DNA from: Ascidiella aspersa | Taxonomy: Eukaryota | DNA length: 64,000 nucleotides | Direction: 5' to 3' | Assembly: GCA_963924565.1 (NCBI GenBank) | Contig: OZ004608.1 | Coordinates: 11,780,001 to 11,844,000, forward strand | Shown: piece by piece, positions 10,851 through 21,300 of the stretch | Layout of the letters: every line of letters begins with the position of its first letter | Position numbering within the stretch: position 1 is the stretch's first letter | Translations under genes and position numbers: made by a program | The notes under the pieces: model-generated | What the model saw: only the letters and a program-made list of their open reading frames with translations | Databases searched by the model: none | Told to the model about the DNA's origin: nothing

Positions 10851-12495
10851 GGTTTCAGATTGATCCGCCACAATACCAAAGAACATATGAACAGGATCAC
10901 GAACTACATTTACCTCTTTTTTTATGCCAGGCAGGTAATTCCTCCTAGAAAGTTACTACTTTGCTACAAACGTAAAAAACATGCGCTACAGTTTCTAATG
11001 CATCACAACCCCAAAACATTTATCCGAGTCCATTTCAAATACGTACTGGGTGTCGTTGGTCACGATGGCCCTATGGTTTAGTTTTATCTGAAAACTTCTA
11101 AGTTTGTTTTCCACAGTACAGTTGTAGTGAAATGGGTCGAGCTTGCATTTTAATGTGAGTAGATTTTTTTAACAGTCTTAAATTTTAACACGAATTCAGT
11201 ACAAGCCAAGAACTTGTGGTCAACCATGGATAGGTCATTTAGTTCATTGAAGTCACATTCTCCGGGTATAGCCGAAATTAGTTTAGGATATTTTAAAAAT
11301 CTTCATTGTCGTCGTAAAAAATGTACTGCTGTGGGAGATTATCGTAGGGCTTACACTGTCCTGTGTTGCTGGTAAGATGTCCGTAATCCAATATGCCAGC
11401 GTTAATCATACTCTTTATAAAAAAAGTTTTTTTATGGTATCGAACCTGGTCGTTATTCCATAACGGTCTGCCGTTCCCTAGGTATGTGTACATTATGTTA
11501 ATAAAATGTTTGCAGTCCGCAATTGTTTTTCTGACAGTTTGCAGAGGCATCAGTTTCCGGCCTTTATGAGAGAGAAGGAAGCAGACTTTCGGAAAGACAT
11601 TGTATTTCATTATCCGTTATTCTGGGTTTTTCCAGCTTTTTCCAAGATAACTTATAAGTTATAACTGTCATCGAATAATTTTGTTACCCATTTCGTACCC
11701 AGCTTAATGATGTAGGTACCCAGCTTAATGATTTCGTACCCAGCTTAATGATCCAAATCGATTGTGGAGAAAGCATTCACTTAACCTATGGCTTTCCAAC
11801 ATGTTTGGTACCGCCATGGGTCTACAATTCATGAAAATTTGGTTTTCGAATGTAATGTCAGCAGTTGTAAACACAGTTAAAGCTGGTCAGTGTTGTAATG
11901 ATTTAAGCCGATGACTTGACTGGTTTAAGTGCACTTTAAGTCACTGAAATGACTTGACATGACTTAAGTCGTTTGGGCAAAATTACCTAACATGGATTCA
12001 CCAATATGTCCTAACTTGAGCCTTGTGGAAAACTAGCAACATTTTAAATGATTTTGCATACTTGGTTTAAGTCAGATCTTAAATTTTAATTGAGTAGTGT
12101 TAATTTTATTGCGTTAATATTATGTTACTGGTCGATATTCAAAATAAAAAACACCATGCATGATTTTGATGCAAACTGTTTGGTGGCGCACACTCGTTGA
12201 GGCGGTCAATGCAGTGAACCATCTAGTGGTAAGATCAGTCAAGACTTCTGGCGGGTAAAGGACGTAGTGGAGCAAGCAGTAGGAAAGTTTATAGAATGAA
12301 ATTTAACCCTCAAGCCGTTTGTCGCTTTGTGACTATCGTATTTTGTTTTAAATGGACTGTTTTGAAATTCTGAGATCGTTCAACAAAATTAACGTAAATT
12401 ATTATATATTTTATTTAGTTAAATTTTAATGTTTTGAAGGTGCAATAGTTCAACAGACTTACACTTTTATTCTATGGTGTTTTTGCTTTATAACC

Positions 12496-12948
12496 CAGTG
12501 CTCTTTAACCTTTTTGGTTTGTTGAGCCCTCAAAGTTGTAAACTGAGGTAAGGATAGAAAAAATCATTATGCACATCAATACCATCAGTTCATCACGTCA
12601 ATTAAACCGAACGAATCGGCCTTTTTTTACACACTGTTAGTAAGATTTAGATTATTACTGCAGGCTGCTTGCGATTACCATTGAATGTCATGAAACAGCA
12701 TTTTAACAAACTTGAGAAAATAGCCCAGAGACAATTTCAACATTTAAAAAAATATAGAGGTTCATTTATACACATTTTAGACCTACATCTTTTTTCTGAT
12801 ATCGAATGTCAAACATTAAATCTGAATGTCAAACATTAATGGTTCATTAAAGTTTGTGATGCACCCTTTTACACCTTTTCGTACTGGTGCACCCCTTGCA
12901 TACTTTGGTGCACACTAGGGTGCCGTGCACACCGGTTGAAGAACACTG
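12496..12948. mobile_element. Non-autonomous hAT MITE
   Basis: TIRs CAGTGCTCTTTAACC / GGTTGAAGAACACTG; TSD TTATAACC / CTCTAACC. Confidence 0.75.
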
Positions 12949-13752
12949 CTCTAACCAACAACTAAACATTAATTTGATTGTTCTGCTTTAGTTTTTTGAA
13001 TAAATGTTGTCACAGCTAACACCTTATCGTCACATTAATTATTTACAACATCAATAACGGACCTAAAGCTTGTATAATTTAAATATTAAGACTACAAGAC
13101 ACTTTTCTATTAGGTCTACAAGACATTTGTTTTAACCGAGTTGTTTTCTGTATTACGTAACCCAACAGAAAATAAGTGAAAAAACAACACGATTACAACG
13201 GGTTTGGGATAAACTTAAAAAGAAAAGAAACTGAAAATAAGAACGCGCAAAAAACAACGTAAGAGCTGGGAAAGGGAAATAGTTCGACTTGTCCTTGCAA
13301 CAACAAAATAGTAAAACAACAAAAAGGAAATAGAGATGAACGATTAGAAACCAGCTGTCGTTCGCACATAAATTATATAGGCCGCTGCAACAAGCAAAGG
13401 CACAACCGTCGGCGCAGTCGCACATTCGTATCTTCTCGCTATTTTTGCTCAAAGTAAAGCAGCCGCGGATCTTTTATAATGTAGGGCTGCAGAAGGGACA
13501 GGAAAATAAATAGTGGCAAACAAGCGCGAGAAGCGGCATCGGATTGACGCCAATAGGGAAAGAGACGTGACATGCATCGGCATTCGGAGGGCCCGCATAC
13601 TGAACAGTGTGTTGGTGTTGCGAGGGCGATGGCGCTCGCCTATGATCTTTATATGCTGGAACTTTGAGTGGCGCGCCCACCCACGTAATCTCACTCCTGC
13701 ATCTTCTATCGTACCGCGCTCAGATCATGGCCTGATGTTCCGCACTCTTGAT

Positions 13753-15315
13753 TCAAATATAGGTGACGCTGAGCAGTGGGTTGAGCCTGGCGACTCCACT
13801 GGTGCGGTCGCCGTGCGCCAGGATCTCCTGCACAGTGACGAAGTTGTCCAGCAACATCCGCTTGTGCTTTCGCCGCTCCATCTTCTTATGGCTCAGTTCG
13901 ACGATCTCACCGTCGGCGGGAGCATTCTCATTGAGCGCCTCCAATCGGCAGCGCTGCATGAAGTCCTTGCGTCGCTTCTTCTCGCGCGCGATCCTCATGT
14001 GTCGCTTGCGTTCATCGCGGCTCCAGTGACGCCCGAGCTTCAGCTCAGTGGCGGCGTCGTCGTCTGTCGTAACGCCGCAGCGTTCAGCTAGCAAGCGACG
14101 CTCGCGGTGCCGCAGAATCTGCTCGCGCACCGGACGCTTGGTGATGTAGCGCGTGCCGTCGTTGCGAATGCGCACCTTCCATTCCAGGCTGGCGTCGCTT
14201 GCCACTTTTCCGCTGCCGGTGTTCTCAGCTTGCTGCTGTTGGCCTTCCGTGTAGGAGAACGAGCGGTTGGTGACGGCGGGCCGCGCGACCGGGGCCTTCT
14301 TGCTGGTTTGCTCAGAGGAGCGGCGCGCGCGGCTGTGCTTTTGCGGCGCCTTGGCTGTTTCGCCATCGTTTGGCGCGGGCTTGGCGCTCTGCTTTCGCGA
14401 CGTTGAGTTGGTGGCGGCGTCAGACGGGTTCTCGCCGCTCGACGAGGCTGTGTTGCGTCGCGTTTGCGCCGTTAGGGCCGCGTCGTTCCACAGCTGGCGG
14501 GTCGAGGCCGTCACCGAGTTGTTCATGAAGCCGTTCGGGCAGAGTGAGTGGCGCACGGCGGGAGTGGGGGCCGAGCGCGTGTGTTGCAACCTCTCGTGCG
14601 GGTGCTGGTGATGTGGGTTCAGGTTGGGACTGAAAACGGGACTGAACTCCAGCCCAGCGTCAGCGAAACCCTCCGAGCCGCTCTCGTCGTCGTGGGTGAG
14701 GTAACAAGCTGGGCCCTCGCCGTCGCTGTTAGCGTCGCTGCTGACGTAGTAGGACATGCTGACGCCTCCGACGCCCGGCTGCTTACCGCTGGCGCCGTAG
14801 AAAGCGTCGTAGCGATGCTTCTCGGGCGAGAGGGGCGGTGACTGCGACAGGTGCTGACCGCTGGCCGAGCTCGAGCTGCGGAAGCTGTCGCCGGTGCTGT
14901 ACGCCGATGACGTGTTGTCCGTGGCGACACTGTCGCTGCGTGATGACGTCACCAGGTTGTCGTCATCGTCCAAGGTCAAGGCTGGGTGGATGACGCGCGC
15001 GTCGGCCACGTCTTCCAGCTGCTTGATCTTGTCCTGGTAGTCCTGGCGCGCGATCTTTACCCAGGGGCTCACGTTGTCACCCGCATCGTCGGCGAAGGGA
15101 TCGGCTCGGATGCAGGAGGAGGAAGAGGATTTCGGCTCCGATCCATTGTTGATTTCGAGGTTTTCGATGGCCTCGTTGAGTCGCTGCAGGCCGTTGTCGC
15201 GCTGCTCGGGGATGGAACGTTCCATGGAACCCTTTGCGGAGTCGGCCGAGTCGCCCGCGACGCCGCTGCCGCTCGACAGCTTGTGGTGACTGGTTCTCTT
15301 GTTCTGCTGGTATTT
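13753..15315 (-). CDS. PDZRN3: PDZRN3/4-like terminal coding exon with the conserved LNX3/4/5 C-terminal domain
   Basis: CACAG acceptor; the 490-aa ORF is extended 30 codons upstream; TGA stop at 13755-13753. Confidence 0.95.
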   Translation of the reverse strand, partial: KYQQNKRTSHHKLSSGSGVAGDSADSAKGSMERSIPEQRDNGLQRLNEAIENLEINNGSEPKSSSSSCIRADPFADDAGDNVSPWVKIARQDYQDKIKQLEDVADARVIHPALTLDDDDNLVTSSRSDSVATDNTSSAYSTGDSFRSSSSASGQHLSQSPPLSPEKHRYDAFYGASGKQPGVGGVSMSYYVSSDANSDGEGPACYLTHDDESGSEGFADAGLEFSPVFSPNLNPHHQHPHERLQHTRSAPTPAVRHSLCPNGFMNNSVTASTRQLWNDAALTAQTRRNTASSSGENPSDAATNSTSRKQSAKPAPNDGETAKAPQKHSRARRSSEQTSKKAPVARPAVTNRSFSYTEGQQQQAENTGSGKVASDASLEWKVRIRNDGTRYITKRPVREQILRHRERRLLAERCGVTTDDDAATELKLGRHWSRDERKRHMRIAREKKRRKDFMQRCRLEALNENAPADGEIVELSHKKMERRKHKRMLLDNFVTVQEILAHGDRTSGVARLNPLLSVTYI

Positions 15316-18300
15316 CTGTGAACAATAGATAAGTTGTTCAATTGTTTTGTAAGGATTTTAACTATATAGTGTACTTGTATATTTGATATGTTTATCACTT
15401 GTTTAACACAAAATAAACAAGGGAACTTTAATAACCGCTGTGCTAGCAAAATAAAAAATTTAGAGAGTATTTACCTGAACAGGAACAAAGGTGAACTCCT
15501 GGGCGGCTGATTGAGACGAACTGGCGCCACTGGAACCGGTTCCGAACATACGACTGGCATTGCTCTGTTGAAGAAAGAGAGGTTTTAATATAACAGCCAA
15601 GCCAAGTGTTTCAATTGCTAAATATGCACTTGGGATCGTACAGGGTGTGATTCAAATAGCTGGGCAGATTTAATCGCTCAATGTGTGAACTTTTACACGG
15701 TTTTCTTTTAAAGCAACCCGAGTGAAAACGGACGTTGACGACAGTTGAGCAAACGCGGTAAGAGTGGATTACGTTATCGAAAGCGAACGCGTTGTTTTAT
15801 TAAAGTCGCGTCGCAATGAGTGGCGTTAAACGCGAGAGCGACGTTGTAAGCCGGATGCCTTCCACGCTTAACTATTCACAGGCACTTTGGGCCAATCTGA
15901 GGGCACTACAACGCCGCGTCTGTGACGGGAATAGAAACTAGTCGACATCCAAAACGAAAGGGAATGTGGCACGCAACGAAACCGGCCGTTTCGAAAATGT
16001 GGGAAATTTATTGATCGCCGTGCTGAAGTGCCGACAGATGAATTCGTACCTGAACGGTTGAGTCGGTGTTTTGTCCGATGCCGCTGTCTTTCTCCGTACG
16101 GCTGCCGGCGGTGTGCGAACTGTCGGTGGTGCCCATCACATCGCAGGAAAGCTGAAAAATGAGGGAAATCACGTTTAGAGCTTGATCAAAGCAAGTGCCA
16201 ATGCAAACATTGATCGGCACGCAACAACGCTGAACACTTTGATAAAGCTTGTAGGAGCGGCGAAGCGGTTTTAAAAATAGCCGCTGCGATAAACATTTGA
16301 CGGGAGTACAACCGCCAGATGAAAGGCGCCACCTATGTGCTAGCGCGGTCCGACGGGAAAATATTTACGCCGCAGCGTGAGCTTATCCCGGATCATCCCA
16401 GCGGACAAGCGGCAAGACGCCGTCTGATGCAGGCAGCCAAGAACACGCTAAGGCGAACTATTGCGTCACACAACGATTACGAACTGAACGATTAAGCCTC
16501 GGCCGGGCGAAAGTTAATTAATCACGCCTGTCCGAGCCGCAAGGCCACCCGGCCGATTTCAAACCGACGCAAAACATTGGAAAAGCCGCGGTGCTTGTTG
16601 CTGACTCGATTTCTGCACTCGAGTACAGTTGCTTAAACGGCCAAAAGCGGATAAGCGTTTAATGGCCGCCCTCGAGAAATGCGAGCAAATGACGTAACTC
16701 TGATCGGGCGGCGCTGCATCAAAGCGGATAGTGGATTTGGAAAAATTCGCGTTTGTTTATTGCAGGACTTCTCGGAATTTTCGCGTTGCGTAACGGTTGT
16801 TGGGACAATATCGATCGAGCAGCGTTCATGGGCGGACGAAGCGTTGAGGACGCGATTTGGAACGGATGATCCGGTGCGATACGCCCGATATGTTTATTGT
16901 CGCCTAGCATCGACGCGCTTAGCTTTGATCCCGCTCAATTTAATCCGCTCTTTTCGAAGCCCGGATCGCTTTCAAGCGCACAAAGCGGCCGCTCGATATG
17001 TCGCCCGAGCCGCCAGCACCGCAGCGTCGTAAACACGCCTGTTATTTACACACGACCGAGGCGAGTGATACTTGCTTATGTACAGAGACGTGCACCAAAA
17101 ACTCGCCTGTGCTCTAGTGCGTACTGTCACGTTTCTGCAAGGTTGTAGCGTTAAAAATTGGTTTAGAAGTCTTGTCTGTGCTCTAATGCATCCCAGCACG
17201 CCGCTGTCACACACTCCACGGTTGCATACGCGAATAATACCAGACGCAGATTTCAATAGGCTGCCCAGTTTTCCCCTAGCGGTATTAACTGGTTTAAATG
17301 CGTTTCCCTGGGTGTATTCACTTCTTGCAGGGGCTTTAAGGTTCAAATATTCTACCCTGGACAGTTGTACCCATGTCAAGCAGGCCTGGGCCGTTAAGAC
17401 AACAGGTAAACACTGCGCTTGAACTGGCTTGATCCCGTCGCCGAGTCCCGACCAATCCGGCATAGGTCAATGCCGACGCGTAAGACCGGCTTAACCGAGC
17501 GCTGGCACCACGCTGAAGGCGAGGCGCAACAACAGGTTAGCGCTACAGACGTCGACATCACGACGCCGATAATGCACGAGCGACTTTTTATCGGTTCAAG
17601 TTAAAGTCGCTGCACGAAACACAAAACGAAACCGCTCCTTCCGAGCTGTTTGTTTCTTTGACACGGATTTTGGGATTGGCAAGTTGCGCCATTGCGTTAA
17701 TGCGATTGCAGAGTGCAGCGTTGGCTCGGACACAAACCTGTATGGGAGACTTCCACAAAAATACCTGGAAGTTGTCCCGGAATTTTCGGCTGCCACGCTG
17801 CGGCGGGGAATTACGGCGAACCTCGTCGAACCGTGTAAAGATTACAGGCGAATGCCAGTTATATGCGGCGCGGGAAGCACCCGACCGCAATAAAATGCAT
17901 TATCTAACGGGAGTGTGACGCATTTATAGCAAATCGCGCGCGGTGTGACGTATTAACAAGCGATGAGGGAGGCGAGACGTTAGGAATGTGCACGCGATAG
18001 CTCCGGAATGGAAGTAACCCGCTCGGGATGAACACACAGAAGCGCGGGAAATGCAAAAATATTTACCTTCTGCGAAACGATGGCGGCGTACTCGATCGAG
18101 GCATCCTGGGACCTCTGCTCCAGGAAACGGGGTCGGGACTCCTCCGACGTGGTGGAGCCGGCATCGGCGCGGTTGGTAAGGTCGTGGAAGACCCCACGCT
18201 GCTGTTGCTGTTGGTTGTCATGGTGACGGAGGAGCTGATCCTCTTTGGACTCGTCAATTGCGTCCAGCTCGCAGCATCGCTCGTCTTGCCACTGCGCGTC

Positions 18301-21300
18301 ATCCTGTAAATATAAGAGACGCTATAGGTTAGGTTTTTCTTGTTATTTGCTACAGTTCATCATTTATTATTTATGCGCTAAACTTCTAAGTTGTGCGACC
18401 CGACGCTCAAGTCTATTTGAACGATAGCAAACTGCCTCTTTGGCCAATTACTTTGGCGACCTCGCGCGCCAGGTTGCGAACCAGTCGATAAACAGCGCTC
18501 GATTCGATAAGGCGAAACTAATTTTCGAGAGGGTCCGCAAAGCCGTCAGTAAAGCACCACCAGATCCATCGCAATCCCTAGCCAGCACACCGCTGCACTT
18601 TTCCGCATTCTATTCGTAGCATCGCTCCCTATTTGCGATGCATTATTGATAAGTCGGTCGCGTAACCTTGTACGAGGGTGCGAATGTTGGGAAGGAGGGT
18701 TCATATTAATATAAACCAAGTGCTGATCAGTGTTTAGCCTCAACTATAAACTAAGGCGAGTTCGCGAGGGGGACAAATGAATTATTTAAGCCCTTGGCCA
18801 CGCCACTTAATTAAATTGAATCGCGATCCTAAGCAAAATGGGTTTAATCTACCAGTTGTCGGCTCTGAAGAAATCGGCAAGGAAATGTCAGGGATTGATT
18901 GAATTGTCGACGCCTCGTTTGGCGTAAGGGCTGTTGTAGAGCGAAGTTCGACGCTCTCGCATCACGCAAAGGTTGTCAGCGGTTCGTCCGCGCAGGTTGT
19001 TGCACAAAACGCCAGGGCTTGGCGGCAGGCGGCAGGCGACCGCGGCGTTTGACAAATGACACTCATTCGCCAGTCAACGGGAATGCTATTGATCATCCGG
19101 GGCGGAGCAAAGGCGGGCCGCCGGTGAATGGGAGGGGGCCCGCTGTCGGCGTCTCAGAAGCCAGTGTTGACCGGGCTGTCAATTCGCCATTATTGGTCAG
19201 CAATTGAACGCTAGTGCGCACCCGTTGCGTGTACAATGCGTACCGTTGTGTTATTTCGACGCGTATTTCGCGTAGCAGCGCAAACAGCGGACAAGTGCAA
19301 ACACAAATACAGACGCCTTTTGTGGGCGCAAGTATTTGCGCGTTTAGCACCGCCGGTGAACGGCCGCTCAACCAACTATAAACGGCAAGAGCGTGGGCGT
19401 CGGTTCGAATTAGAGGTGATTCATACACAAACACACACCATACATACACAACACTCCTGTAAGCGGGTTGACATTGTATCTCTATTGAGATATTACGAAA
19501 CAGTGACGCGGTGCAGTGACAGGACAGGACAAGACGACGGACCCGCATGGCCCCAAATGCATTTCGTGAACCCGACAATTAAAAGCGGAGCAGTGGTCTT
19601 AATGCGCTCAAGCCTCCAATATATACAGGGCAAGTGCACGATAAAAGCCTTACACGTCGCTAATCCCCGCTCACACGCCAGCGGTGATAATGCGCGCCCA
19701 AACAAAACTGCAACATCGGAGCGACACATTTGTCGCATTGCCGTCCGGTCAGCGCTCAAGTGTCGCTGAGAAGTCAACACGTTTTATCCACTCTGTGCCG
19801 AAAAGCGCGGCCGTCGCATGTCGCGTAAAGGTGTAAGCGCCTTCAATCCACAATCCTGGAAGCGGATTAGGTTGCGAGCACCGGGTATAGTAACAAATAC
19901 GCGGTTGCAGTTTATATGTCACTAAACACGAAAGCGCAACTACTTGGCTTTGTACTTCGTTATGTAAACGAGTCAATGACCCACTGCACTTTCAAGCGGT
20001 CAAAACTCTGAATTGTGTTTTGCTAAAACTGCACGTTACATTTATCGCTTTAACCTTTTATGGATGACTGTCGACGGTTGCTTGAGGGGAAATAGGAATC
20101 TCTCTATATAGAGAAAAATGTAAATTAATTAAGTTTTCCAAACTTACCACCAAGTGCTGTCGGCAGATAAGGAAATTGACAACTGCGTTCTCCTTGAGCA
20201 AAAGTTCCGAAGCTTCGTTGGTGCAGCTTACGGAGACGCCGTTCACCTGAGCGAACGAAAAGCTTAATTAGCAAAAAAGCTTTCCATCCAGACCCCTTAA
20301 CGGCCCAGATAAGGGCGAGCCAAAACATAGACTATACAAAGTAGCGTTCGGTTTGCTGTTGCGTAAACCAAACGCGGGCCTTGGTGCTTTGAAAGAGCGA
20401 TTCCGAAAAGGTTTGGCCCAAGATAAATTGCTGATAAGGGATATAATTAACCCGGTGGAATATACGCGCTAAACCGAGGCGGGTGATAACGACAAACGCC
20501 AGGACGCTTGTTTAGAAACGATGTTCTCTTTTACAGACCAGCGCTGATCGTTATAAGTTCGCGGTCGTGCTCTCGATGCGTTTTATCGGTTCAGGTGCAA
20601 ATCGATCACGCCTTAATCTGACTAGAATTAGTTGGGCAGGTGTCACATAATTTCCCCAGGCTCTTCAGTGGCTAAACGCGCCGCTGCAAAAGGCCAAGCC
20701 GTAGATGTCACCACACCAAGGCAAGGCTTCCATCAGTCAAGTTTATTTCGAGTGCCCGGCTACAGTAAGCTGACGGAGCTGTCGGGGGGCCTGTCATGGT
20801 GACTTGCAAGATCCCCCTTAAGCACCAACTGCCAATCTGCAGGGCTCTGCAGTAGCGGTTGCCAAGGTTTGCAATCAGTCGGCATTTTTTAATTTTTGAA
20901 AATGTGGTAAATAAGTTGACGCGATCCAAAAAGTTTTCTTGTATATAATCTCTAGCACAAGAATTTGATTCAGATTTAAGCGCATTTTTAACACTTTAAG
21001 AGGGTCTGTCTGTTGTTTTAACCTTTTGTGAGCAACGCTGGTGGCGGCTTTGGCGTGTTTCTGCTTGTCGAGTTTATCGCAGCCGAGAAAAGTCTCAAAC
21101 CATGATCGAAACGACGTGTGTTTGTTTAGTGTTTAGGTGGCCGGGTTTGATTGACGCGTATAAAGCCCGGCCAGCAATCCATATCGCCGATGATTGATGC
21201 GCCTCAAGCGGCGGGCGCCGGCGGCCCCAGCAGTGACGTCACACCTACGCCTGCGTCACGCGTCGCATTCGAGAAACGTTTGTTCTGCGGCGAACCAGTC

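Larger units (their letters stand above)
9990..11850 (-). mobile_element. Decayed L1/Tx1-like non-LTR retrotransposon, ORF2 3' part, interrupted by the 10053-10850 element; boundaries approximate
   Basis: Minus-strand remnants WVTKLFD, PLWNNDQVRYHKKTFFIKSMINAGI and the CCHC knuckle DKCFG/CDALETVAHVFYVC, followed by MFFGI; stops and frameshifts present. Confidence 0.7.

Noticed and set aside
12320-12345. Partial similarity to miR-153 on the minus strand (ATAGTCACAAA)
   Set aside because: The seed does not match and there is no hairpin
13513-15321. Several plus-strand and alternative-frame ORFs of 88-192 aa
   Set aside because: Shadow ORFs of the GC-rich PDZRN terminal exon
18063-18302. ORF-track peptide MTRSGKTS...
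   Set aside because: Wrong frame; the frame consistent with the splice phase is DDAQWQDER...
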